From contig CAXULY010000005.1 in the NCBI GenBank assembly GCA_964252075.1, positions 32,001 through 96,000 on the forward strand: a stretch of DNA of 64,000 nt. The letters run 5' to 3'. The notes below the pieces were generated by a model. It did not search any database and was not told the DNA's origin. It was given only the letters and a program-made list of their open reading frames with translations. The DNA is from an uncultured Deinococcaceae bacterium. Its GTDB lineage: Bacteria; Deinococcota; Deinococci; Deinococcales; Deinococcaceae. Of this stretch, positions 47,901-58,700 are shown piece by piece; the stretch's first letter is position 1; the number at the start of each line of letters is the position of its first letter. The position numbers were made by a program, and so were the translations under genes.

Positions 47901-49338
47901 GGCCGTGTGCTCATGGGCACTTGTCGCGTACAGGCGCTTCAAGTGCCGTGGCCAGGCTCCGCCCAACGAAACGCCACGATCCGCGCCAGCGAACCGAACG
48001 GCTCTTCCAGCATCCACTTTGGTGGAGGTGAAGATCCCTGCACCGCATGAGCTGTTTTTGCGCTGACGGTCACGACGTCCGGCGCGAACAGCGTGACCAG
48101 GAATTCGGCGCGGTGCATGTTCACGCCCTGTTCGGGCAAGCCAAGGGCCACATGGAACTGCTGATGGGGAGGGACTTCCGTTCCGACCTCCAGCCAATCC
48201 AGAGAAGCGCCCACCGCGAACCACGGCCCCTCGGTGCGAACACGCACCTCTGGTGCCCCCAGGGCCAGCGCTTCGCTCACCAAGACCTCGACGAGACGCC
48301 AGGGGTTGGGTGCATACCCGCCAAACAACCAGGAGGGGTTGCGGCGATACAGCGTGGCCATGTCGTCATGCACACGGATGAGGTCCGCATCAGAGGGGTG
48401 GAACTCGTCCGACGGTTCGGGCATGACCCAGCGTACTTGATGACATCCGATACCCAACGAGCGCCTTCAAGAGGGTGCTCATCAGCACTCAGTACCCTGA
48501 CAGGCTTTGAGCGCCCTTCATCACCATGACCTCACGGATGCCCAGTGGATTGCCTTGCAGCCTCACCTCCCTCAGGCACGCGGCTTCGGCGGTCGTCCCC
48601 GGCTCGACGACCGCACCTTCTTGAACGCCATCCTCTGGCTGCTCCGTACCGGTGCACCGTGGCGCGATCTTCCACCGTGCTACGGCAACTGGAGTTCCGT
48701 CTCCACGCGCTTCTAACGCTGGTGCCGGCAAGGCGTTTGGGCGCACCTCCTCGCTCGCCTCCAGCACCTCGCTGATCAGCAAGGTGACATCGACTGGAAC
48801 ACGCAGGACATCGACTCGACCATCGTTCGCGCACATCACCACGCGGCCGGGGCAGGAGGGGGGCAGGAGCAAGAAGCGCTTGGACGCTCACGAGGTGGGT
48901 TCAGCACCAAACTGCACCTCAAATGCGAGGGGCAGGGAAAGCCGCTCGCCCTCCACCTCACGGCCGGTGAGCGACACGAGATGGTCGGCTTTCGCCCGCT
49001 CCTTGATGGGGGCAGGGTAAACCGCCCCGGTCCAGGAAGGCCCAAGCACCGCCCGAAACAGTTGGTGGGCGATCGCGCTGACAGCAACGGAACAGCGCGA
49101 CGGGAATTGCGTCGACGGGGTATACGAGCAGTGATTCCCCCAAAGCGCAACGCGAAGCGACCAGCGCGGTACGACCGCCTCGTCTACCGTGAGAGGAATC
49201 GGGTGAATCAAACGTTATCGGCGGGTCGCCACTCGGTACGACAAGCGCCAAGCGTACTTCGAGGCATGGCTGTACTTGGCGACGGTCGTGGCGTGGCTAC
49301 CGACGAAAAAGGCATCGTCAAGCCGTGAGCACATGGCC
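47901..49338 (+). mobile_element. IS5-family element with a passenger gene
   Basis: Terminal IRs ggccgtgtgctcatgg / ccgtgagcacatggcc (14/16); TA (CTAG context) on both sides. Confidence 0.8.
47939..48424 (-). CDS. Hypothetical passenger protein in the IS
   Basis: 161-aa ORF lying between the IRs, divergent from the transposase. Confidence 0.6.
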   Translation of the reverse strand: MPEPSDEFHPSDADLIRVHDDMATLYRRNPSWLFGGYAPNPWRLVEVLVSEALALGAPEVRVRTEGPWFAVGASLDWLEVGTEVPPHQQFHVALGLPEQGVNMHRAEFLVTLFAPDVVTVSAKTAHAVQGSSPPPKWMLEEPFGSLARIVAFRWAEPGHGT

Positions 49339-49341
49339 TAG
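48507..49341 (+). pseudogene. IS5-family transposase, inactivated
   Basis: LTDAQW, RTGAPWRDLP, IDSTIVRAH, GRSRGGFSTKLH, RVATRYDK; TAA at 48714-48716 and a frameshift near 49207. Confidence 0.9.
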
Positions 49342-49648
49342 TACGCCGGCCTGTCCGACGACGAACTGATGGAGCTGGACACCGTGCTGTTCGAGTGCGC
49401 GCGCTGCAACTGGTGGGCGGATATTCATAAAGCCGTGGACAACGGGGGTGAGGACGTGTGCCAGAGTTGTGTCCACGAGCTGGGCCTGGATGAAGGCTGG
49501 GATGGGGGTGCGCCGAGCCACATCGCTGCCCCGCGGGGCAAGAAAATGTCGTCGGAAATCGGTGTCCGGTGCACGTATACAGGTTGGCCAGCACAGAAAC
49601 CTGAGGCGCGGACTAGTTCGGGCCGCCGGGCGCGTGTCACATTCAGGT

Positions 49649-49966
49649 ATGTTCGATCAGAAGCTCGGGAGCGCCACTCCCGCCATGGTCCCCAACGGCC
49701 CGAGCAGCGCGAACGGCGATCCCCTGGCCCTGAAGCTCACCCCACCCATGGACCTGAGCCCGTCGCCGCTGGTGGCGATGTCCTCCCCGAACACCGCGCC
49801 CATGCAGACGGGCGTGGGCGCCGGGATGCTGGCGAGCGGGTACTTGCAGATCATGAACCCGGCCTTCCACGCGCAGATCGCCCCCGGTGTGCGCAGTGGC
49901 CTGTGGAAGGGCGCTGACTTCGTTCGGGCGTTGGACTTTGCTGCGATAGACGAGGAACTCGGATGA
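49649..49966 (+). CDS. Hypothetical protein
   Basis: 105-aa ORF just upstream of the nuclease-like gene. Confidence 0.4.
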   Translation: MFDQKLGSATPAMVPNGPSSANGDPLALKLTPPMDLSPSPLVAMSSPNTAPMQTGVGAGMLASGYLQIMNPAFHAQIAPGVRSGLWKGADFVRALDFAAIDEELG

Positions 49967-49985
49967 TCCCTGCCGAAGTTCCCCG

Positions 49986-51212
49986 ATGCGTCATCCAAGA
50001 GCGTTTGAGTCGTGGCTGCTCGTGATTCGAGGCATCCCCTACAACCCCAAGGCTAGACACACGCGGGCGTGGGGTTCGCACCTGAGGTTCCCACTAGTCG
50101 CTTTGTACGCCAGCATCGCCCGCGCCTCCGTACGGGCACGGATGCCGTACCGCGATGCCGCGTTCGAGACTATCTCCGCCCTCACCCGGTACGATCACCA
50201 CCTCCAACCGACCGCCGACCTGATGCTGCGTGGCGCGTACTACGGATACTACAAGGACGCGGACGTCACCCACACCTCCGGCAGGATCGGTGACGGTGTC
50301 GGCCTGCTGCTCGCAGACCGCCTGGGGTTCCCGTTGTTCGCGCACTTCGAGGACATCGGTCGCGTGACGCGCGCACCGTCGTCGCGGCGCCCCGATTACG
50401 TGGTGTTCAACTCACGCGTCGACGAGGCCCAGTTGCTCGAGTGTAAGGGTAGCTGCTTCAAGGGCCGCTCGGAACTGCTCCAGCCAAAAGGTGAGGTTAA
50501 CGACGGGTTGAACAACCAGGTGCGGCCTTGGCTGGGGTTAAGCCTTGTCCTACCGGCACTGTCTGGCACGCTTGTCGTCGACGCGGGCTTCGTCGCCGGA
50601 ACACACGTGAACGCGCTCGGCAGTTCGGTTAGCGTGAAAGAGGCGCGCCTAACAGCGAGCGTGCCGCTGCCGCCGACCGCGTACGGCGCGGCCGTACACC
50701 CTGCCGTGCGGCACTACGTGCGCTGGCTTCGGCAGATGCATGTAGCCACGGTGTGCGACGCTCTGCTCGGCTTGACCGAGGCGCGCGAGCGGCTCCGCGA
50801 CCAGCTGCTGTCGTTCGCGCAGGTGCGGTACGGGAACGACGCCTACGTGTACCCCTACTATCGCCGTCCTCGGAGGTTCGACTCGCGGTTCGCCTGGATG
50901 GCTTCCGACCTTGAACTTGTACCTGTTGATCCGACGCGCCCCTCAAGATACCCCATGATCGTCGACGGTGAGCGGTCGACTCTGACCTTCGCCATCGAAC
51001 GGCGGAGGCTTGAGGCGCTCCTCAAGATTGCCCGCGCGAGGGACGAACGACCGGTGACTGTCGAGGACTCGGGGCTCCTCGGGGTCGTGAACGAACGTCA
51101 GCGTGACGCTGAGAACGAGCGCGGCGTGTACCTATTCAGGGACGGGGCGCTAGTGTTCGAGGGCCTTGAACGCGGAAGCGCCGTTGAGTTCGAGGACGTC
51201 GTCGAGTTGTAG
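49986..51212 (+). CDS. Putative PD-(D/E)XK nuclease
   Basis: RRPDYVV...LLECKG. Confidence 0.6.
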   Translation: MRHPRAFESWLLVIRGIPYNPKARHTRAWGSHLRFPLVALYASIARASVRARMPYRDAAFETISALTRYDHHLQPTADLMLRGAYYGYYKDADVTHTSGRIGDGVGLLLADRLGFPLFAHFEDIGRVTRAPSSRRPDYVVFNSRVDEAQLLECKGSCFKGRSELLQPKGEVNDGLNNQVRPWLGLSLVLPALSGTLVVDAGFVAGTHVNALGSSVSVKEARLTASVPLPPTAYGAAVHPAVRHYVRWLRQMHVATVCDALLGLTEARERLRDQLLSFAQVRYGNDAYVYPYYRRPRRFDSRFAWMASDLELVPVDPTRPSRYPMIVDGERSTLTFAIERRRLEALLKIARARDERPVTVEDSGLLGVVNERQRDAENERGVYLFRDGALVFEGLERGSAVEFEDVVEL

Positions 51213-51276
51213 GAGCCTGAGGGAGGGGCGCGTCGTCGACATGCCTTCCCTCCGTGACCCGCCGTACTCGGCGCGG

Positions 51277-53565
51277 TCAGGTGAGCCAAGTGGTGAGCTT
51301 AGCGTGGATAATCTCGCAGAGGTTGCGGTGACGGTCGGCGATGGTGGCGGCGTCCCAGATGCCGTCACGGCCGAGGAGGGCGATCGGTCGGATATATCCC
51401 TTGTAGTCGGAGTCCTCAAGGGCGGAGAGGATGTCCGGGTTGAGGACGAAGCCAATGGCGTCGGAGTCACGGGTCAGGTCAGCGCGCTCCGCTTCCGTGG
51501 CGGCGCCGAGGTAGGCGTAGTAGAACCACTTCTCGGTCCAGTTGCGGTTGCCGATCGAGGCGTTGATGTTCGGGGGCAGCAGCGTGAGGTTGCCAAGGAG
51601 GTTGACCCGGTTGAGTTCGTAGATTTCCGGGTCCCATGACGAGTCGAGCTCGGGGCGCTGGGGTGCGACGTGCTCGAGGGTGCGTTCGTCGTCGTGCAGC
51701 CACGACTCGGGCGTGAGGGCCTTGGCGAAGTTCGACGGAGCCGGGGTGATCAGCGGGGGCCGTCCAGGGTGCGGGGCGGTGTTGTGCGCGGCGAGGAACA
51801 GGCCGAACTTGCACACGGCGCTGCGGTTCGTTTCGTAGGTGAAGGTGGTGGCGGCACGTGCGTACCAGTCGTCGAAGGTGTGCAGGCCCTGCGCGTTGAG
51901 CTGCGCGTTGAGCTGCTCGACGAGCAGCTCAACGGAGGGGTGGGTGATGCGTGAGACGGCGAGGGCGTTCTTAAAGACGTCTCGGTAGGCGCTGTCAAGT
52001 CCGGCGTTGGACTTCGCAGACCGCCAGAGCGTGAAGAACGCCGCGACAGCCTTAACAGCCCGGGCGAAGCGCTCCTTCGCCTCGTCGCTGATATCGTCTG
52101 GGTTGCCGAAGTATCGGCTGAGGACCGTGTGGGCCATCTTGTGGTTGGCGTCGAGCAGGTATAGCTGGCAGGTCGTGACGACGGCCCGGTCCGAAGCACG
52201 GAGCTTGCCTTCGAAGGCGTTGAGGTCAGGGTTGCGGCCGCGGAGCTTGACGACGCGGTTGAAGTAGTCGGCGGTGTAGCTGAAGCTCGTCAGGAACGTG
52301 CGGCGTTCCTCGCCGTCGTCCGCGCCGGCCTTGAACCACTCGAGCAGCTTGCGTCGCTGCTCCGTGAAACGGTTTGCGAGTTTGCCGCCGGCATAGCACA
52401 GCGCGAACGTAGTGAGGAACTCATTGGTGAGCCGGGTCTTCTCCTCGGCGGTTCCGGTCGTCTTGAATAAGTCGTCGACGCGTTTGAACAGAGCCTCGTA
52501 ACCGCACTCCGCGTAGCCCGACTCGTACTTGCGGGCTGTGTTGATGACGAGCGGCTTGAACGTTTCGATGGCTGTGAGTGGGGTGCCGGTGGCGTTGAGC
52601 GACTGGAACATATCGAAGGCCCAGTCCTCACTGACAGGTTCGATGACGGTGAAGCAGCAGCGGAACAGCAGGAAGTGGCAGAACGCAAAGAGCTGAACGA
52701 GCGAGCACAACGTCGAGTCGTTCTTGTCGAGGTTAGTGTGGGCGCTTGCGGCGCTGAGGTCGAGCAGGTGCGCCCTCAGGTCCGGGCGTTCGTAGATCCA
52801 TAGGTCGGTCTCGTCGAAGTCCTTTACGAGTTGCCACGCGGCGGGTTCGTCCCCGTCTGGGTTCGTGTGGGCTCGTTCGACCTTCTTGAGGTGCGACTGA
52901 ATGACGCCAAGGATGTTGCCGACGTCGCTGCTGGTCGGGAAGGTCTTCGCGTCCGTGGTGATGGCGCGGATAACCTTGGCGAGGTAATGCGCGATGGGTG
53001 AGGCGTAGCTGTCGTCGCTGCCGTCGAAGACCCATTGGTCTTCAGCGCCGCGGATGATGATCGGCTTGAGGGTCGGCGTTCCTCGGTTCAAGTCGGTGCT
53101 GAACATCTCGCGGAGGTTCTTGAGGTATGTGGACACCGCGTCCTCGAGGCCGAACTTCAGGACGATCGGGCGATTCTCGTATTTGAGGAGCCGTTGGTAG
53201 GCCTGGGTGGCGATGAGGGCGAGGGTGGAGATGCGCTGTTGCCCGTCGATGACCTTCTCAATGCGCGCCGGGAGGGCGTTCTTGTTCTTCGGGTCGATAT
53301 TCTCGTACGGAGAGGTTTCCATCACGACGATGACGGTGCCGAGGAAGCGGATGATCTGTTTCTTCTCCTTCGACCCGATCTCAGGGTCAAGGAAGGAGGC
53401 GACGCCCTTTGAGACGTCCTCGAGCAGCTGCTCGATGTGGGTCTTGCCCCAGCTGTACTCGCGCTGGTACGGGGGGATGTAGTAGGCCCAGCCGTTGCGG
53501 TTGAAGAAGCTGGTGAGCGAGTAGCTCTGCGCGACAAAGACCTTGGAGATGTCGGCGGTGGTCAT
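51277..53565 (-). CDS. sspE: SspE-type DUF262/DUF1524 anti-phage effector
   Basis: YYIPPYQREYSW, VIDGQQR, FQSLNATGTPL, LEHVAPQ...LGNLTLL....N. Confidence 0.85.
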   Translation of the reverse strand: MTTADISKVFVAQSYSLTSFFNRNGWAYYIPPYQREYSWGKTHIEQLLEDVSKGVASFLDPEIGSKEKKQIIRFLGTVIVVMETSPYENIDPKNKNALPARIEKVIDGQQRISTLALIATQAYQRLLKYENRPIVLKFGLEDAVSTYLKNLREMFSTDLNRGTPTLKPIIIRGAEDQWVFDGSDDSYASPIAHYLAKVIRAITTDAKTFPTSSDVGNILGVIQSHLKKVERAHTNPDGDEPAAWQLVKDFDETDLWIYERPDLRAHLLDLSAASAHTNLDKNDSTLCSLVQLFAFCHFLLFRCCFTVIEPVSEDWAFDMFQSLNATGTPLTAIETFKPLVINTARKYESGYAECGYEALFKRVDDLFKTTGTAEEKTRLTNEFLTTFALCYAGGKLANRFTEQRRKLLEWFKAGADDGEERRTFLTSFSYTADYFNRVVKLRGRNPDLNAFEGKLRASDRAVVTTCQLYLLDANHKMAHTVLSRYFGNPDDISDEAKERFARAVKAVAAFFTLWRSAKSNAGLDSAYRDVFKNALAVSRITHPSVELLVEQLNAQLNAQGLHTFDDWYARAATTFTYETNRSAVCKFGLFLAAHNTAPHPGRPPLITPAPSNFAKALTPESWLHDDERTLEHVAPQRPELDSSWDPEIYELNRVNLLGNLTLLPPNINASIGNRNWTEKWFYYAYLGAATEAERADLTRDSDAIGFVLNPDILSALEDSDYKGYIRPIALLGRDGIWDAATIADRHRNLCEIIHAKLTTWLT

Positions 53566-53777
53566 GGTGTCCTCTCGGGAACCTTTGGCGTGCCGTTTGC
53601 GGTGTCGCCCGGGTTCATGCGCCGCCGTTGGGCGGCGTGTGGTGGCGTGTCGTGGTGGTGAGTGAGGCCCACCCATCCCAGAGCGGACTTCACCCGCTTT
53701 GCATCCTTCTCACGATAACGTCACGAGAGGGCCAACCAGGACGAAATCGAGCATCCCAGAAGGTGCGTGTGGCGCCG

Positions 53778-54926
53778 TCAGGTGGTCGTGAGGCGCGCAT
53801 ACGCCCTTGCGAGCTCCTGGACGACGCGCGGCAGGTCCTCGACGCGCGAGGACCTGCCGAAGCCGATACGGACCGTGGCGTACGCGTCCTCCCAAGACAA
53901 ACCCATCGCGGTGAGGACGTACGATGGCTCGGGTGCGCCACTGTTGCACGCCGACCCCGTCGCGAGTGCGAGCCTGTCGAGGTTCGCGATGAGCATATCC
54001 GCCTCGACGCCCGGGAAGGTCAGGCTGCTCGTCCCCGGCAGCCGCCGGTCCCGCGCCCCGTTAAACCTCGCGTCCGGCACGCGGGACCGCAGCTCCGACT
54101 CGAATGTGTCCCGCAGGCTTCTAATCCGCCGCGCCTCGGCCGCGCCCTCATCCAGGGCCATTCGGGCGGCCACGCCGAACCCGACGACGCCAGGCACGTT
54201 CAGAGTGCCCGGACGCAGCCCGCCCTCCTGGCCGCCACCGTGCATAAGCGGCGCGACGTGACCCGAGCGCGCGCCGCCGCGGACGTACAGCGCCCCAACG
54301 CCCTTGGGGCCGTACAGTTTGTGCGCGCTCATAGACAACAGGTCCACGTCGAGTTCGCTCACGTTCACGCGCTCGCTCCCTACGGCCTGCGTCGCGTCCG
54401 TGTGGACGAGCGCGCCGACCGCGCGCGTGAGCCGCGCGACTTCCGCGACCGGCTGAATCGTCCCGACCTCGTTGTTTGCGGCCTGGATACTGACGAGCAG
54501 TGTAGACGCGTCGATCACGCGCGCCGCTTCAGCGAGGTCGACGGCACCGTCGGTGAGGACGGGCAGGACGACCACGTCAAAGCCCTCGCCGCGCAGCGCC
54601 TCGAGCGGCTCTAGGACCGCCTTGTGCTCGACGGCGGTGGTCACGAGTCGGCGGCGTCCCGCGCGGTGCGCCTTGACCGCGCCGAGCAGCGCGAGGTTGT
54701 TGCTCTCCGTGGCGCCCGACGTGAACACGACCTCGTGCGGCGCGGCGCCGACGAGCCGGGCGACGTCCGCGCGGGCGTCCTCCACAGCCGCGGCGGCCAG
54801 GCGTCCGTAGGTGTGCACAGTGTTTGAGGCGTTGCCAGGCTGCTCGAGCAGGAACGGCAGCATTGCCTCGACGACGCGGGGATCGACGGGCGTGCTGGCG
54901 TTGTGATCGAGATACAGCGGCCTCAC
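53778..54926 (-). CDS. sspA: Cysteine desulfurase (SspA/IscS-like)
   Basis: YLDHNASTP, FTSGATESNN, SAHKLYGPKG, TGSAC. Confidence 0.9.
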   Translation of the reverse strand: MRPLYLDHNASTPVDPRVVEAMLPFLLEQPGNASNTVHTYGRLAAAAVEDARADVARLVGAAPHEVVFTSGATESNNLALLGAVKAHRAGRRRLVTTAVEHKAVLEPLEALRGEGFDVVVLPVLTDGAVDLAEAARVIDASTLLVSIQAANNEVGTIQPVAEVARLTRAVGALVHTDATQAVGSERVNVSELDVDLLSMSAHKLYGPKGVGALYVRGGARSGHVAPLMHGGGQEGGLRPGTLNVPGVVGFGVAARMALDEGAAEARRIRSLRDTFESELRSRVPDARFNGARDRRLPGTSSLTFPGVEADMLIANLDRLALATGSACNSGAPEPSYVLTAMGLSWEDAYATVRIGFGRSSRVEDLPRVVQELARAYARLTTT

Positions 54927-55726
54927 AGGTGGCACACGGCGCACCCCACCTCGCCGTCGTCCTCGTCGAAGATGTCCGCGAGGGATCGGTGGCTCTGGAA
55001 GGTCACACGCTTTGCGCGCTTCTCCGCTTCCGCGCGGATCGCCGCCTGCCGCTCGGGGTCGCGGAGCTCGTCGAGGCTCTCGCCGGGCACCCAAGTGAAC
55101 GACTCGCCCATGGCGGGGTCGGACTTTTCGAAGTCCTGCGCCTTGTCGAACAGCGCCGGGTGCCGCTCGAGCAGCCCGAGCCACTCGTTGCGCTGCTGGT
55201 AGAAGCAGAAGTAGCAGCCGCTGCGTGACCGCCACTGATAATACTCGGGCAGGCCGATGCCGCTATCCTCGAGGATGCGGTACACGTCCTGTTTGGTGAC
55301 ACCTGCGTCGATGAACGGATACACGGGCGTGATGTTGGGTTTGGTGCTAATGTACCCGACGCGTTGCGGTTCATCGGCGCGGATGGCGATATAGCTCATG
55401 ACCGCGTCGTCCTTGACGTACCGCTCGAACGGCTTGATCTTGAGCATCCGCGTGCACCAGCGGGTCCGCGCGTCGGGCAGCATCCCGCGGTACAGGTCGA
55501 GGTAGTGGCTGAACGGCCGGTCCGGGTTGAGTCGCACGATTGGTTTGCCGAGATACGCCTCGAGCTTGTATAGGTACTCGTACGTCTCCTGGAGTTCTTC
55601 GCCAGTGTCGCAGAAGACGTACTCCACATCCGGCAGGCGGTCGCGCATGAAAATCGCGAGGGCGGTAGAGTCCTTGCCCCCAGAGAGGGAGAGCACGTGT
55701 CGGACCTTCTTGGGGGTGTCAGTCAT
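54923..55726 (-). CDS. sspD: PAPS-reductase family protein (SspD)
   Basis: SGGKDS, RWCTRMLK, RSGCYFC, C-terminal CAVCHL. Confidence 0.88.
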   Translation of the reverse strand: MTDTPKKVRHVLSLSGGKDSTALAIFMRDRLPDVEYVFCDTGEELQETYEYLYKLEAYLGKPIVRLNPDRPFSHYLDLYRGMLPDARTRWCTRMLKIKPFERYVKDDAVMSYIAIRADEPQRVGYISTKPNITPVYPFIDAGVTKQDVYRILEDSGIGLPEYYQWRSRSGCYFCFYQQRNEWLGLLERHPALFDKAQDFEKSDPAMGESFTWVPGESLDELRDPERQAAIRAEAEKRAKRVTFQSHRSLADIFDEDDGEVGCAVCHL

Positions 55727-58700
55727 GCGTCTCCTCCGCTTCAAGGCGCTTCTGGATCTGCGCCTGAAGTTCCTTGAGCGCCTCGCGGCGGACGGCGGCG
55801 TCGGCGGCGTCGAGCGTGGCCTGGAGCGTCGTCCATGCTCCGTCGACGAGCTTCTGCTTGAGTTTTTTCTGAGTCTTGTCGAGCGGCGCGCGGCGCGCCG
55901 TGGGCGGCGCGGCCGTCTGGATGGCCGCGCCGTCAAGCTCGCGGAGCGCCCGCTGAAACGCCGCAGCGACGCCCCGGGCGCGTTCACGGTACGCGTCGAA
56001 GTCGGCGTCCGTCCACGCGCCTGGCGGGCGCTTGTTGATCAATGCGAGAACGTTCGCAACCGTCGCCTCAGTGCCCTCGTCCCCGGCGAGCCGCTGGACG
56101 AAGGTGAGCAGTTCGGGTCCGACGCCGGCGCGTTCCAGCCGCCGCGCGGCGTCCCGGAGTGTTTCGAAACCGGCCGTGCCGGCTTCGAAGCCGCAGTACG
56201 CGAGCAGGTCGTCGCGCGCGGCCTTGACGAGGCGTGGCGTCGCGAGCCTCAGCTCGCCGATCGCGTCGTTGAGCCGGGTGAAGAACCGGTCGATGCGGTC
56301 GTCGTCGACTGTACCGTCTGTGAACGGCAATTCCCCGAGTGCCATTGGCAGGTCGTGGAACAGCAGCCGTTCAGGGGAGCGGGCGGTGAACGCGGCGTTG
56401 ATAATGTTGCGGGCCTCGTCGGAGACGGTACGCGTCCGCTGTGCGTAGTCGGGCAGTGACTTGAGCATCCTTACGACGTACCTCGAGGTGCCGGTGATGG
56501 ACGCGGCCGAGCCGGTGCTGCGGCTGATGCGTTCGACGACCCTGCGGTGCGCGCCGTCGAGGCGCGCACCGCCCACCGCGAACGCCTCGGGCTTGCGCAT
56601 CAGCACTTCGAAGTCGGCGAGTGATGGGTCGACGAGGAAGGTGTTGTCGCGGTACAGGCTGACCTCGTCGCGCCGCACGAGCAGCAACGCGCACAGCACG
56701 AGGGGGAACATGCCAGCTGTCAGTCCGTACGGGGCCGCGGCGAGTTCCGACGCGAGCCCCGCGACGGGGACGGGCTGCTCGACCTTCTCGAAGACGCGGG
56801 CGGCAAGCCGGTCCCAGGTGGGACGCAGCCGCGTGCGGTGGCCGTCGTGTGGCTCGGCGAACCCCCACGTCCCGTCGGGTCGCTCGGCGTACACGCCCGT
56901 GTCATGTAGGACCGACTCGAACATGCTCCGCTCGGGTGGGTATCCTGTGATGCCGAGCAGCGGCTCACCCGCGTGCTCGAGCATCCGCCGAATGAGCTCG
57001 CGTCGCGCGGCCGTCGCCGCCGAGGACAGCGCGCGACGATTGACGAGCTCGTTCCGGACGGTCGGGCCGAGCTCGTACACGTCGTCCATCACCTGAGAGA
57101 GCAGGACTGAGACGTCACGCTCGTCACGCACGGGCGCGGTGGCGCCCTGACGATACCAGGTGCAGTGGCTGCCGCGCGGCTCGGGGCGAGGATCGAGCAG
57201 CCACGCAAGCGTCCGCGCGAGGTCGAGTTCGACCTCGGCGGTGCGTTCGGCGACCTCACGCTTGGCTGTTCGGTCGTGTTCGAGCTCAGGTGTGTTTGCC
57301 TTGAGGTACGCGAGCGCGCGGAGTTCCGCCGCGGCGTTGGTCAGCCCACGGATCTGCCTGGGAAGCGCCACAACGACGTGCCTAGCCTGCAACGCAGGTT
57401 CCGCGACGCGGGCGACGAAAGCCTCGTGTTGCGCCGCCGTCTCGGCCAGCCCACACAGCACTACGCCGTCCGCGTCAGTCTTTCGGCGCGCCGCGTCCTC
57501 GAGCTGCTGGGGGTCGTCAACGTACACCACGTCAAAGAAGCGCGTCGCGCCGGTCTTGAAGCTGTGGCGCCGCGCGATGAGCGGCCGCGGCGGCACGTAC
57601 TTCGCGAGGGTGGCGGCGAGGCCGAGCCGTCCGGTGGTCACGCGCCGCGCTTCCTCAAGGCGCGCCTCGACATCGAGGTCGCTGCCTTCGAACACTCGGT
57701 ATGACTGATTGTACCGCCGGTACGACACCAGCGTGCGTCGTTCGAGCGTCTCAAGGGCAGCGCGCACGGCGGCGTCCTCCTCGTCACGGCCGAGGCTGGC
57801 GGACACGGCCGCGGCGTCGGCGCGCAGATGCGTCGCCTCACTCAGGACGCTGAGCAGCCCGATCGTCTTGAGCGCGTCGGCCTGCAAGGGTTCAAGGTCA
57901 GGCGCGCGGTCGAGGGCGTCCACCGTCTCCACCCAGCGGCGCGCGGACCGCTCGCGGAACAGCAGCGTCCCGAGCGAGGAGAGGAAGTAGTCGAACAGCG
58001 CGGGCGGGCGGACGAAGCCGTCGCCTCCGGCGAGGCGGCGGCGCGCGTCGGGCAACGCGAACGGCTCGTTGCTTGCGAGGAACGAGAACAGGGAGCGTTC
58101 GTTCTGCGCGAAGCGGCGGAACAGGTGCGGGAGCAGGACTAGCGTCGCGGGGTGCAGTGGGTACGCTCGCTCTGCGAGCTGCGTGAACTCATCGCGGCCC
58201 ATACTGGGCGGGGTGAGTCCCGCGCGGTACGTGGCGTCGACGGCGCCTTGCACGCTCCGCAGGACGTACGCGTCAAGGTCGCGGGCGTCGACAGCGTCGC
58301 CGACGAGCCGCATGAGCTGCTCGACGGGTTCGAGGAACGGGAGGGGCGCGAATCGGCCCTGCACCTTCGCCCACTCCTGCCGTTCGACCCGGTCGAGGTG
58401 CCGGCCGTACTCCTCGACGTCCTGGTGGAGCACGCCGACGAACAGGACCGGACGGTCGGCGCTGCGCGAGGCGGCCTCCGCTAGCTCCTGCAAGACGAGG
58501 GTGTCGCCTTCGTCAGGGAAGCGCGCGGCGTGCTCGAAGATTTTGCCGAGCTCATCGGCGATGAGTACTACGCCGCCGTACCCACCGGCGTGCTCGCCGA
58601 GGTCGGCGAGCTCGGTCACGCGGCGCACGAGGGTGCGGGTGTCACGTCGGCCGTCTCCTGCGTCCCGTAAGTCGCCTTCGAGGGCGCGGACGAGGTCGTT

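Larger units (their letters stand above)
47818..49540 (+). pseudogene. Small phage-type zinc-finger gene split by the IS
   Basis: Removing the IS and one TA rejoins one frame: MTRMDRVIEHLAGTSIALD*VLVHPGI*YAGLSDDELMELDTVLFECARCNWW...CQSC; 3' end approximate. Confidence 0.55.

Noticed and set aside
31311..49540. Palindrome copies as a CRISPR array or integron attC sites
   Set aside because: Irregular spacing from hundreds of bp to kb, too short, no cas or intI; no CRISPR array seen anywhere in the window
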